From positions 14,477 to 78,476 of the IMG/VR virus record IMGVR_UViG_3300034096_001618: 64,000 bases of DNA; one strand, written 5' to 3'. Made by a program: the position numbers and the translations under genes. The notes under the pieces are model-generated. The model was not told where the DNA came from. It saw only the letters and a list, made by a program, of their open reading frames with translations, and did no database searches. The stretch's first letter is position 1, and the number at the start of each line of letters is the position of its first letter. Origin of the DNA: a virus. Below are positions 9,377-18,372 of this stretch, piece by piece.

Positions 9377-10741
9377 TTATGATTCACTTCTTAATGCCTG
9401 ATAGAGATTATTGGTATCAATCGTCTTGAACAATGATTCACAACCAGTACTGTATTTTGAAGCTGGGTCTCCTTCTCCGATCATGCTGTTGACGCTCTTC
9501 CACCAAGACGATTCTTCCTTGGTGACTTTTTCATTTTCGCCATGATGTTTCTTTTTAGATTTTAAATTTCTAAGTTTTTCAAAGTCGTGATGTGTAATCT
9601 TGCCATCTGGTTTGCTTTCTGGCCCCGATACATCTAACTTTTTCTGCCCACCTTTTAACATTTTCTTCATAGAACCCATAGAACTCTTAACAGCATCTTC
9701 GCCGTCTTCTTTACCACAGCCCATTTTCTTTTTGCCATGTTTCATATACTTCATGCCTTCGTCGTCTTCTTTACCACAGCCCATTTTCTTTTTGCCATGT
9801 TTCATATACTTCATGCCTTCGTCGTCTTCTTTACCACAGCCCATTTTCTTTTTGCCATGTTTCATATACTTCATGTTTTTTTTGCTATGTTTGACAGATT
9901 CTGTTTTATTGTGACCCATTTCTTCATCATCATGTCTAGAATGCATATCACTCATGTCATCACTCATGTCATCACTCATGTCATCGCTCATGTCATCGCT
10001 CATGTCATCACCCATGTCTTCATCTTCATCTTCATGGCGACGATGGCGCATATCACCCATGTCTTCATCTTCATCTTCATGGCGACGATGGCGACGATGG
10101 CGCATATCACCCATGTCTTCGTCATCATCTTCGTCATCATCTTCGTCATCATGGTGCATATCGCCCATTTCTTCGTCTTCGTCTTCGTCTTCGTCATCAT
10201 CTTCGTCATCATGGTGCATATCACCCATTTCATCGTCATCATGATCCATGTCGCTCATTTCATCGTCATCATGATCCATGTCATCATGATCCATGTCATC
10301 ATGATCCATGTCATCATGATCCATGTCGCTCATTTCATCGTCATCATGATCATCTCTAGGAAGATCTTCATCTTCAAAGAATCTGAAGGTATTTTCGTTT
10401 TTAAGTTCTTCGTTCTTACACATTTTGCATTTTGATTTTTTCTTTTTAGAACTTGTACTATGCATAGCGCCACATTCGGGGCAAACAGACATCTTTATTT
10501 TTTTGCCTTTGTGTTTTTTATGGCCAACTTTAATTGATGGCATGTCTTTTATTTCTGCTGGCTCAACAAGGCTTGCGTCACCATACATTTTCTTGACTTT
10601 TTTCTTCATTGACTTTCCAACTTTGGCTTCCTCGAAGCCAAATTGTGATTGTATGCCAAGATTAGAAGGTTTTCCAAAACCAAGGTTAAAACTTGGAAGC
10701 ACCGATTCGTTGACCATCTTCCACTGTTTGTATGACAGCAT
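9377..10741 (-). CDS. Low-complexity Asp/His/Met/Lys-rich protein, putative internal head protein
   Basis: MLSYKQW..VNE N-terminus, CPEC, long repeats, EF-hand-like LDVSGPESKPDGKITHHDF. Confidence 0.75.
   Translation of the reverse strand: MLSYKQWKMVNESVLPSFNLGFGKPSNLGIQSQFGFEEAKVGKSMKKKVKKMYGDASLVEPAEIKDMPSIKVGHKKHKGKKIKMSVCPECGAMHSTSSKKKKSKCKMCKNEELKNENTFRFFEDEDLPRDDHDDDEMSDMDHDDMDHDDMDHDDMDHDDDEMSDMDHDDDEMGDMHHDDEDDDEDEDEDEEMGDMHHDDEDDDEDDDEDMGDMRHRRHRRHEDEDEDMGDMRHRRHEDEDEDMGDDMSDDMSDDMSDDMSDDMSDMHSRHDDEEMGHNKTESVKHSKKNMKYMKHGKKKMGCGKEDDEGMKYMKHGKKKMGCGKEDDEGMKYMKHGKKKMGCGKEDGEDAVKSSMGSMKKMLKGGQKKLDVSGPESKPDGKITHHDFEKLRNLKSKKKHHGENEKVTKEESSWWKSVNSMIGEGDPASKYSTGCESLFKTIDTNNLYQALRSES
9697..9875. 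repeat. About three tandem 60-bp repeats encoding MKYMKHGKKKMGCGKEDDEG
   Basis: Lines at 9721 and 9781 are identical; partial copies flank them. Confidence 0.95.
9947..10352. repeat. Nested short in-frame repeats (DDMS, DDMDH, DMGDMRHRRH, DEDE)
   Basis: 12- and 15-bp units and longer duplications visible directly. Confidence 0.9.
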
Positions 10742-10822
10742 GGCATTCCTCTTTCATTAAAATAGAACACGACTCATAAAACTATATATGTGGAGCATTT
10801 ATATTTTCATTAAGGATTTACC

Positions 10823-11617
10823 ATGAGAAAACTGTTAATTTCGACAGTAATTCTTTTTGGATTTTTCATTATGTTCTTAATATTGAAAAATAATCATAAT
10901 AATATACCAGAAATTGATGTTTTAAATCCAAATTTAATTGAAATTCCAGTTAGTAAAAACGAAATAGTAAATAGAATAAACAACAAAAATAAAAAAATTA
11001 ATTCTATTTTAATTAAAAATATGCCAATAAAAGCAAAAAATGGTAGAATGACATTTAAACTTACTGGTGATTTGGCTCATAGTAAAGATAAATTTTTTCG
11101 TTTCATTGTTACCAGTAAAATTACTGGCAAAGAAATGGATATCGGATCAAACAATGATATATTTTGGTTTTGGTCTAAAAGAATAAGTCCGCCAGCACTT
11201 TATTTTAGCAAACACGAAGACTTATGGAAGACAAATTTAAAAACGCCATTAAATCCAGCTTGGATGATTGAGTCTCTTAACATTAATTTAATTGATCAAA
11301 ATAATATTTCATCAATTTCAGAAGATGGTGTTTACTTGTATTTACGAGAAAAAAGAAAAACAGCCGCAGGAGATGATTGTGTATTCATAACTGTTATTCA
11401 TAAAAAATCTGAAACTGTATGGGCTAGAAAGCTTATTGATTTAAATGGCAATGGAATAGTTAGTACATTTTACAGTGGTGAAAATATAATTATTGACTGG
11501 AAAGATGAAAATGCCAGCATGGAATGGGACACAACAAATAAAGAATTAAATGTCAATTTGTCTAATTCCATGTGGCAACTACCAAAATATAAAAACAAAA
11601 TAAATATGGGTGAATAA
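10823..11617 (+). CDS. Membrane-anchored/exported hypothetical protein
   Basis: N-terminal hydrophobic helix; EMDIGSN.DIFWFW.KR..PPALYF motif. Confidence 0.75.
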   Translation: MRKLLISTVILFGFFIMFLILKNNHNNIPEIDVLNPNLIEIPVSKNEIVNRINNKNKKINSILIKNMPIKAKNGRMTFKLTGDLAHSKDKFFRFIVTSKITGKEMDIGSNNDIFWFWSKRISPPALYFSKHEDLWKTNLKTPLNPAWMIESLNINLIDQNNISSISEDGVYLYLREKRKTAAGDDCVFITVIHKKSETVWARKLIDLNGNGIVSTFYSGENIIIDWKDENASMEWDTTNKELNVNLSNSMWQLPKYKNKINMGE

Positions 11618-11618
11618 T

Positions 11619-11852
11619 TTATTTGTTTAGTGATTTTCTAATTGCGTCTCTTCTCAATGCTTGAGTTTTACGCTTTTCCGCATTGATTCCACCTGAATTT
11701 AAAGGTTGTACAGGTGTCATTGATTGATTTCTAACTTCTGTTGGCGCTCTAGTTGCGGCAATTCCTCCAGTTGCTGACCTTGCAGAAGTTATCGGTCTAA
11801 TAATTGGAGTTTTGCTTCTATTAGATATACCTTTATTACAACCACATGCCAT
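11619..11852 (-). CDS. Small basic protein with CGCN motif
   Basis: MACGCNK after GGAGG SD. Confidence 0.7.
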   Translation of the reverse strand: MACGCNKGISNRSKTPIIRPITSARSATGGIAATRAPTEVRNQSMTPVQPLNSGGINAEKRKTQALRRDAIRKSLNK

Positions 11853-11868
11853 TTTACCTCCATATCAC

Positions 11869-12045
11869 TTACAACGGATGTTGAAAGCGTGTTTTTGATA
11901 TTTTACTCTTTCTTTTATGAACGGATTTAATCAATTCAGCCAATTCCATTTGACTATTGCTTAAAGACCGTTGTTTAAATACAATATCATTAGGTGATTT
12001 TGAGTCACCATTGCAACCACAGCCTTTTTTTTGTTCTGGTTCCAT
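11869..12045 (-). CDS. Small basic protein with CGCN motif (58 aa, below track cutoff)
   Basis: Manual translation MEPEQKKGCGCNGDSK...RFQHPL*; TATAAATA 4 nt upstream. Confidence 0.7.
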   Translation of the reverse strand: MEPEQKKGCGCNGDSKSPNDIVFKQRSLSNSQMELAELIKSVHKRKSKISKTRFQHPL

Positions 12046-12049
12046 ACTC

Positions 12050-12057
12050 TATTTATA
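12050..12057 (-). promoter_or_regulatory. T4-type late promoter TATAAATA
   Basis: Exact T4 late consensus on the minus strand. Confidence 0.65.
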
Positions 12058-12073
12058 CTGCTGGGTCATAATT

Positions 12074-13579
12074 ATGAACAAAGAAGAAGAAGTAAAACAG
12101 CTTATAAAGCAAGCCTATGAAAAGGCTTATGAAAAATTTCAAGAAAAAAAATATGAAATTGTTTGTGTTATAGCGGAGCAAATTTTAAAAGTAAGTCCCA
12201 ATGAATGGCAGGCCATGCAAATTCTTGGTTTGTCTTATAGTGCGTTAAATCGTTTCGATGATTCTATCATCATATTGAAAAGATGTTTAGAATTAAATTC
12301 TGACAATGCAGAAACACTTAATGATTTGGCTTTGGCTTATTCTGGTAAATATGATTATGATAATTCTATAAAATATTTAGAAAAAGCGATTGATGTGAAG
12401 CCAGACATGGCAGTTTTTCACAGCAACCTTGGTCTTCAATATCGGCACAAGAAAAATAATGACAAGGCAATAGAATCTTTTAAAAAATCTATTTCCTTGT
12501 CAGAAAAACCTGAAACATTGGCTATGCTTGGCGGATGTTATGGTGAAAAAAAACAACTTGACGAAGCTGAGAAATATATTTTAAAAGCATTAGAGTTAAA
12601 TCCTAACTTTGCTGCTGCTCATGTTGATTTGTCCTCTATTCTTAAATTGCAAGGAAAATGGAAAGAAGGCTTCTCTGAATATGAATGGCGATCTGATGTT
12701 TATGATCAATTGCAAATATGGAAAAAGATATACAATCCTGCTAAAAAATGGCGTGGAGAAGACATTAGCGGCAAAAGAATTGTCATCCATACTGAACAAG
12801 GGCATGGTGATGCAATTCAATTTATTAGGTATTTAAAACCATTAAAAAATAAAGGCGCATATATCATATTGCATTGCGCTGAATCTCTCAAATCAATATT
12901 TTTTAATCTTGCTGATGAATTTTATACAACTGAACCAAATACTGTTGCAAATTGGGATGTAGGAAACAACATACCAGAACATGACTATCATTGTTCTGTT
13001 ATGAGTTTACCTAATATATTACAGTCAATTTTTACATATTATTCATATATTAAAGTTGATCGAAATTTTGATTTAAGCAATTATAAAAACAATAAAAAAA
13101 TTGGAATTGTTTGGGCAGGTAATCCACAACATCCCAATGACAGAGAAAGATCTTGTAGATTAGAATTATTTAGAAAAATATCTAAAATAGACGGCGTTAA
13201 GCTTTTTAGTTTAATGAAAGACACTCGACCCAGAGCGTATAAAGACAATGGTATATCTGTTGATTTAACAATAGGATCAGAAGATATAAAAGTTGTTGAT
13301 CTTTGCGAATACATCAATGACTTCGAGGACACTGCCTCTATAATAAATTCTTTAGACTTAATAATTAGCGTTGATTCATCCGTAATTCATTTGGCAGGGG
13401 CCATGGGGAAACCTTGTTTTGGTTTGATTTCATGGAATCCTGATTGGAGATGGGAAGTAGAAGGCGATTGCACAGTTTGGTATCCAAGCGTTTCATTGGT
13501 TAGGCAAAAAGAACGTGGAAATTGGGATTCTGTTTTTGAAGAAGTTGAAATTTTAGTTGAAAAGTTTTTCAATGAATGA
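12074..13579 (+). CDS. TPR-repeat plus GT9-like glycosyltransferase
   Basis: TPR repeats, EQGHGDAIQF.RY, IGIVWAGNP.H, DLIISVDSSVIHLAGAMG, DWRW. Confidence 0.9.
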   Translation: MNKEEEVKQLIKQAYEKAYEKFQEKKYEIVCVIAEQILKVSPNEWQAMQILGLSYSALNRFDDSIIILKRCLELNSDNAETLNDLALAYSGKYDYDNSIKYLEKAIDVKPDMAVFHSNLGLQYRHKKNNDKAIESFKKSISLSEKPETLAMLGGCYGEKKQLDEAEKYILKALELNPNFAAAHVDLSSILKLQGKWKEGFSEYEWRSDVYDQLQIWKKIYNPAKKWRGEDISGKRIVIHTEQGHGDAIQFIRYLKPLKNKGAYIILHCAESLKSIFFNLADEFYTTEPNTVANWDVGNNIPEHDYHCSVMSLPNILQSIFTYYSYIKVDRNFDLSNYKNNKKIGIVWAGNPQHPNDRERSCRLELFRKISKIDGVKLFSLMKDTRPRAYKDNGISVDLTIGSEDIKVVDLCEYINDFEDTASIINSLDLIISVDSSVIHLAGAMGKPCFGLISWNPDWRWEVEGDCTVWYPSVSLVRQKERGNWDSVFEEVEILVEKFFNE

Positions 13580-13618
13580 AAAAGCGTGTCGTATTAACGA
13601 CACGCCTTATTTTTTTTT
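13579..13618. terminator. Bidirectional intrinsic terminator
   Basis: GCGTGTCGT-ATTA-ACGACACGC flanked by A and T runs. Confidence 0.85.
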
Positions 13619-13630
13619 AAATCAATTATA

Positions 13631-14011
13631 TTAGCGGCTGGCGGTTGGACGACTAATCGTTGTACCATTGCTAGCTTGCGTTGATGGAGGAGTTGCAGGA
13701 CGAGCAGTAGCCTTAGAAGCAACTGAAGACTTCTTAGCCGCCTTCTTGGTGGCAGTTGCCTTTGCAGCAACCTTTGTTGTCTTAGCAGCTGTTGTGTTGT
13801 CAGAAACTTCTACATCGCTGAAGCCTAGAGCCTTGGCAACATTCCGTGCAGTCCCAAGTACTGCCGAACGGGTAGGGAACTGTGTGCTGTTGTCAGCACG
13901 ACGACGAAGCTTGGTTGGCACCAAATTAGCGGAAATGGTAACAGTGCCTTCAAAGATTTCGCCATCGGCGGTCTTGCGGCTAACTAGGCGGACAGGTAGG
14001 GTATTGCTCAT
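13631..14011 (-). CDS. Small basic protein with histone H1-like Lys/Ala/Thr tail
   Basis: AAKTTKVAAKATATKKAAKKSS tail; GC-richer than the flanks. Confidence 0.75.
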   Translation of the reverse strand: MSNTLPVRLVSRKTADGEIFEGTVTISANLVPTKLRRRADNSTQFPTRSAVLGTARNVAKALGFSDVEVSDNTTAAKTTKVAAKATATKKAAKKSSVASKATARPATPPSTQASNGTTISRPTASR

Positions 14012-14089
14012 AAGAAACTTTTCCTTTCATTACCGTCAACTAATGACGGTTTACAAGTTGCGGCACAATCAATCGATGCGCCGATATAA

Positions 14090-14118
14090 ATTATAAAAAT
14101 AAGTAAGTAAAAAGTCAA
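14090..14118 (-). promoter_or_regulatory. Near-consensus sigma70 promoter
   Basis: TTGACT-N17-TATAAT. Confidence 0.85.
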
Positions 14119-14876
14119 GAATATTTCTTACATTCCATGTTAATAAAACTAAAATTTTTCAATTTTTCCGTAGAAATCTTGAAATCACCATCAAAACAAT
14201 CATTGAATGTAGGGTCAAGTATCATCTTACCATTAGGAATTTCTTTGATTTTGTAAAATTTATCAATACACTTTTTATATTTTGAAATAAATTTACCAAC
14301 ATTTAATGACTTTACATTTTTTTCTAAATCAAATACAGACAAAATTTCTACAACTGTTTTTTTAATTTCAGAAAAATTAATTTTATTGCCATCAACTCCA
14401 ATTCGATTGAAATCAATAAACCAAAGCATTGTTTGCTCATCGTAAACAAACAAAGGATTTTTCAACCCAACAAATTTATGTTTTTCAATATAATCAATAA
14501 TATCATGAAACCACATCTTTGAACCATAATTACTCAAATAATTTTGATAATAATACCAAGCAATTATTGTCTTGAAAGTTAAAATCAAAATATTATTCTT
14601 TTTTCGTCTTTGAAAATTATTACGCAAACAAAATTCACAAAAATGAACATCATCTCCACTTAATTTTTTGCAAATATTATAGTTTTGATCTTCATTTGAA
14701 CATTTTTTAAAACAAAATTCACAAAAATGAATAAATATTTCAGATAACTCTCCTGAAGATGGACTCGACAGGCTTTGTATCTGAATTTTATTTACATTCA
14801 TATTTTGCTGTTTCTTAATTAAATTATACGGAACTGCATAGATAATACTAAGTGAGTCAGACCAACTCAAGTACAA
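14115..14876 (-). CDS. Hypothetical protein with two CxxC motifs
   Basis: CEFC twice; true start may be ATG 14801. Confidence 0.7.
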   Translation of the reverse strand: MYLSWSDSLSIIYAVPYNLIKKQQNMNVNKIQIQSLSSPSSGELSEIFIHFCEFCFKKCSNEDQNYNICKKLSGDDVHFCEFCLRNNFQRRKKNNILILTFKTIIAWYYYQNYLSNYGSKMWFHDIIDYIEKHKFVGLKNPLFVYDEQTMLWFIDFNRIGVDGNKINFSEIKKTVVEILSVFDLEKNVKSLNVGKFISKYKKCIDKFYKIKEIPNGKMILDPTFNDCFDGDFKISTEKLKNFSFINMECKKYS

Positions 14877-14885
14877 GAGGAAATT

Positions 14886-15104
14886 ATGAATACATTTGTG
14901 AAATGGGCAGAAAAAACCAAGAAGGAGCTTCCAATTTACAGAACCGAAGAAGCTGGATCACAGAGAAGAGCAGGAATTGCATATTGGGCGTATCCTGATG
15001 CTTATGTTCGCAATCAATATCCAGACGCATATTTCACTCCTTATGCTGCTGATGCACTATTTAAATTGGGTTATGGTAAGGGCGGACCAAAGGCAGGAAA
15101 ATAA
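14886..15104 (+). CDS. Small putative internal head protein, paralog A
   Basis: MNTFVKWAE; GIAYWAYPDAY core shared with the next gene. Confidence 0.8.
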   Translation: MNTFVKWAEKTKKELPIYRTEEAGSQRRAGIAYWAYPDAYVRNQYPDAYFTPYAADALFKLGYGKGGPKAGK

Positions 15105-15106
15105 TA

Positions 15107-15337
15107 ATGAAAAGCTTTATTCAATGGGCTGGTGACAATAAGGCAGAATTACCAGTTTATAAACAAGATGAAGGTGGCAGTATCGTAAGGAACGGTATTG
15201 CCTATTGGGCTTATCCTGATGGATACATAAGAAGCCATTATCCTGACGCATACTTTATGAGTCGTGCTGCTGATGCACTATGGAAGATGTCACCCGGACC
15301 TCCTATTACAAAGCACAAGCATCATGTTAGTCACTAA
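15107..15337 (+). CDS. Small putative internal head protein, paralog B
   Basis: MKSFIQWAG; GIAYWAYPDGY core. Confidence 0.8.
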   Translation: MKSFIQWAGDNKAELPVYKQDEGGSIVRNGIAYWAYPDGYIRSHYPDAYFMSRAADALWKMSPGPPITKHKHHVSH

Positions 15338-15421
15338 ACTCCACCTGATTATGCACTTGGGACTAATGGCGAACTAGAGTATGAAAAGGGAAAAGACTAC
15401 GAGACAGATTGAAAAATTAAT

Positions 15422-15469
15422 TTTTCTAGTTCAAGTCGATATCAACAAAGACTTGAACTAGAAATTTTT
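15422..15469. terminator. Bidirectional terminator hairpin
   Basis: TTTCTAGTTCAAGTC / GACTTGAACTAGAAA inverted repeat. Confidence 0.8.
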
Positions 15470-15472
15470 ATA

Positions 15473-15793
15473 TCATTTCGCTTTTTTGACTCTATTTTTA
15501 TGATCTTCTTCGTTTATGCTTTGAACATCGTTTGGAACCATTTGCGGCACTCTTTCCCAATAAGCCCATTGATCTTCATTTTGAGGATTCTGGAAAATCA
15601 TACCTTTTTTCCAGTACTTATTGAGCAGTTCTTCAACTCTTTCTTTTGAAAGTCCTGATTCTTTAGCAATTGCAGCTACACTTCGCCATTGCCATTTAGG
15701 ATTACGGCCAAGAGCAATAAAAAATTCTTGTTCTTCATCGCCAGCTTTACATCCTTGTGGATAGACATCCGTCCATTTTGGAAGTTTTTTCAT
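15473..15793 (-). CDS. Winged-helix/HTH protein
   Basis: RSVAAIAKESGLSKERVEELL..Y.KKGMI. Confidence 0.7.
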   Translation of the reverse strand: MKKLPKWTDVYPQGCKAGDEEQEFFIALGRNPKWQWRSVAAIAKESGLSKERVEELLNKYWKKGMIFQNPQNEDQWAYWERVPQMVPNDVQSINEEDHKNRVKKAK

Positions 15794-15889
15794 AAGTTCT
15801 CCTAAAAAACTATAAGTACAACATACTATAATATCAAGAAGTTTAGATAAATTCTAAATTTTCTAAACATAGCACGAACCGAGGAAAAA

Positions 15890-16378
15890 ATGAAATATGC
15901 ACCAAGAGCCAATCGATACGAACGCCGTCAGATGCACGCAGCTAAACTTGCTAGCGACATGGGCGGAACTGGTATTTACGTTTTTGAAAATAACACCGAT
16001 GGCGACCTGAAGCTTCCTAAAGCAACAGTAGGGGGACTCAAAACAATAGGTCCAAGGAAAAGATTTCAAGGTGACAGTTATTTTCTTAAATGGGTTGGGT
16101 CACCGATGAATCTTTTACGTTTAATTGAGGAAATTAAACCTAAAATGACCACCCAAGAAATTGCAGATAAAATTTCTCAAGAACAAGGAACAGTCATGAC
16201 GGAACAGAAACTTATTCTCGATCAGCCCGATACCATTACAAATAAAGGCAAAATAGAACATGTGGTTGCTAATGATCAGCCACTACAGTCTCTTAATGAT
16301 GCTTGTGCAGCAAAACCAAACAAAGACATTTTGATCAGCGAAAATCCTCTTGATGGCATCGCTATCATTAAAGGATAA
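15890..16378 (+). CDS. Hypothetical protein
   Basis: ORF with GAGG SD and downstream terminator. Confidence 0.75.
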   Translation: MKYAPRANRYERRQMHAAKLASDMGGTGIYVFENNTDGDLKLPKATVGGLKTIGPRKRFQGDSYFLKWVGSPMNLLRLIEEIKPKMTTQEIADKISQEQGTVMTEQKLILDQPDTITNKGKIEHVVANDQPLQSLNDACAAKPNKDILISENPLDGIAIIKG

Positions 16379-16395
16379 AATTTATTGTAAGAACA

Positions 16396-16434
16396 AATAA
16401 TCCTAGTTGAATTTTAGCTTAACTAGGATTATTT
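16396..16434. terminator. Bidirectional terminator hairpin
   Basis: AAATAATCCTAGTT / AACTAGGATTATTT. Confidence 0.75.
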
Positions 16435-16447
16435 AATTTTATAAAAA

Positions 16448-17041
16448 TCAACGCTTTGGCCCACGTTTAAGAGGTACGGGCTTAAGCTTATCCTGATGCT
16501 TATCAGGCTGAGATTTTAGATTATGCATAATATTGATCAATTCTTTTGATATTTCAGATGCAGAATTTCCATTACATTTTTCTGATTTAACAATTGAAAT
16601 TGTGCCTCTGTCTCTATTGTAATTGCCCTTGCTCAATACAAAGCATTTATGTCCTGCGTGCCAAGTGATGCAGCCGACCCATTCTCCATTATCCCAATTT
16701 CTCGATGAAACCAATAACCTTAAAGGTGTTTCTGTATAAACATGTTTCGTGTGATAACCAGCATTTTTAAGAGCAGCACTAACATAACCCAAACAAATTT
16801 TAGCAAAACCATCAAGCGCCTCATCGCTGTTTGTTCTATAATTTACTTCAATAGAATATCTTGATCTTTCAGATGCTTCGGTCAAATTTTGCTGCTTGTG
16901 TTCTCTAAATGTCTTCATGTTTCCACATAAAGTGGCACCAAAATATTCAAGACAAACATCGAGAAATTCAGCCTTGCTCAAAGAAACAAGTTGAGTTCCA
17001 TCTAAATTTTGTTGTCTGCGCCAATCATCAAATTTTTTCAT
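16448..17041 (-). CDS. Hypothetical, putative internal head protein
   Basis: MKKFDDW N-terminus, internal MKTFRE and LTE-AS. Confidence 0.7.
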   Translation of the reverse strand: MKKFDDWRRQQNLDGTQLVSLSKAEFLDVCLEYFGATLCGNMKTFREHKQQNLTEASERSRYSIEVNYRTNSDEALDGFAKICLGYVSAALKNAGYHTKHVYTETPLRLLVSSRNWDNGEWVGCITWHAGHKCFVLSKGNYNRDRGTISIVKSEKCNGNSASEISKELINIMHNLKSQPDKHQDKLKPVPLKRGPKR

Positions 17042-17064
17042 GTGACCTCATGCTTATATAGTAC

Positions 17065-17712
17065 ATGATACGACTAGATTTCTCAAAATGGCTAATGGCA
17101 TTAGAATCTTCTACAGTTGGAACAGAAGAAGTTAATGCTCAACAAGTAATTAGTATTTATAATAGAGTTAAAGATAGTATAGAAATTGTTAGAATGTATG
17201 ATCAAACACTTCCAGATGATAGAAAATTATTGAAAAATATATCAACAATTGTAAATTTATCTTCTGGCGCAGCATTTGGTATGTTTATAAACACTGATAA
17301 TAACAATGTTATTGGTCAAGATGTTATGCAAAAAATTCAGTCCATTTATCCTAACGACCCAATTATTGGCAAAAAGGTGCAGAAGCTGTCTAGAAAAGAA
17401 ATTTTGGATCATTTGCCAGAAGACTTAAAAAAACAAATAGATCCACGCAAAATTCAGCCAAGCGATGTCATTAAAATAAATGTACGAGGACATCTTCAGA
17501 AATATGGCGACAGTCCAGCAGCTATAATAGAAATTGCTAGCACTATTGTTCATGAGTCAACACATGTTATAGAATATGTTGAAAAAGGTGAAACATTTGA
17601 TGGCCCCGGAACTATGGTTGAAAAAGCTGAAGATGCTTTTAAATCATGGGCTAAACAAAACTGGCCAATCATTTCCAAAAAATTTAATTTACAAGGATCA
17701 TTCCCTTTTTAA
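17065..17712 (+). CDS. Zincin-type metallopeptidase-like protein, putative internal head protein
   Basis: STIVHESTH..E with downstream E; LDFSKWLMALE N-terminus. Confidence 0.7.
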   Translation: MIRLDFSKWLMALESSTVGTEEVNAQQVISIYNRVKDSIEIVRMYDQTLPDDRKLLKNISTIVNLSSGAAFGMFINTDNNNVIGQDVMQKIQSIYPNDPIIGKKVQKLSRKEILDHLPEDLKKQIDPRKIQPSDVIKINVRGHLQKYGDSPAAIIEIASTIVHESTHVIEYVEKGETFDGPGTMVEKAEDAFKSWAKQNWPIISKKFNLQGSFPF

Positions 17713-17719
17713 TTTTCAC

Positions 17720-17748
17720 TTTACAAGAAACATTTTCCAATATACTTT
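17720..17748 (+). promoter_or_regulatory. sigma70-type promoter, predicted leaderless mRNA
   Basis: TTTACA-N17-TACTTT with ATG at 17755. Confidence 0.65.
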
Positions 17749-17754
17749 GAAAGT

Positions 17755-18342
17755 ATGAAAAACACAAATTTTGAAGCTTGGCGTGCTCGTCTCAACTGGT
17801 TCAAAGACGAGTTCCCTTTTGGCCCAATTCAACGCTTCAGGAATGAAGACGGACGGCTACATCGTGATGATGGGCCAGCACTCATTAGCCCAACTCGTAT
17901 CACATACTACCAGAACGGTAGGAAACACGGAATTGATGCCGATAAATTCGGCTCGATCAACTTTTATTACGAAAACATCAGGATTCCACCTCATTTTCAT
18001 CACAAGCCTGAAAGCTTGACTATTGATGAGGTTTTTTCTCATAGCAATGCCGAAGTTCGGTATGTGGGAATGAAAATAATTGGTTTTGATAAGGTCATGG
18101 AAGACTCAAGAACCAAAATCATTGATCAGTGCGATGACACAGGAATGGTTCTTTTCCAAATCAGTGGTATTTTTGATGAACCAATAAGTTATCTTAAAGT
18201 TATAAATAGCACACAGGAACCAGACGGTAGTTATAAAAATTACTATCTATGCATTCCTCCTGAAGCAAAAAAATGCAAAGAAGCTGTTGCATGGACATTC
18301 GGAATGAGTGCAGATGAATATCAGCCAGAACAAGAAACTTAA
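17755..18342 (+). CDS. DUF6745-like protein
   Basis: GRLHRDDGPA, NAEVR, V.NST.EPDGS.K.Y.L.IPP, AVAWTFG...EY.PE.ET (family recalled, not searched). Confidence 0.75.
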   Translation: MKNTNFEAWRARLNWFKDEFPFGPIQRFRNEDGRLHRDDGPALISPTRITYYQNGRKHGIDADKFGSINFYYENIRIPPHFHHKPESLTIDEVFSHSNAEVRYVGMKIIGFDKVMEDSRTKIIDQCDDTGMVLFQISGIFDEPISYLKVINSTQEPDGSYKNYYLCIPPEAKKCKEAVAWTFGMSADEYQPEQET

Positions 18343-18372
18343 GATATTTGAATATATATCGCAAGGAGAATC

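Noticed and set aside
9697-9875. 60-bp repeats as a CRISPR array
   Set aside because: Head-to-tail units without unique spacers, in frame inside a CDS; no cas genes
9600-10760. Several overlapping ORFs in other frames over the repeat gene
   Set aside because: Shadow frames of in-frame low-complexity repeats; the minus-strand 454-aa frame has the SD, promoter-like box and tag
11957-12073. Track's N-terminal extension of the TPR-GT gene
   Set aside because: Overlaps a better-supported minus-strand small gene; ATG 12074 is the more likely start
13668-14096. 142-aa plus-strand ORF
   Set aside because: Antisense shadow of the promoter- and terminator-supported minus-strand gene
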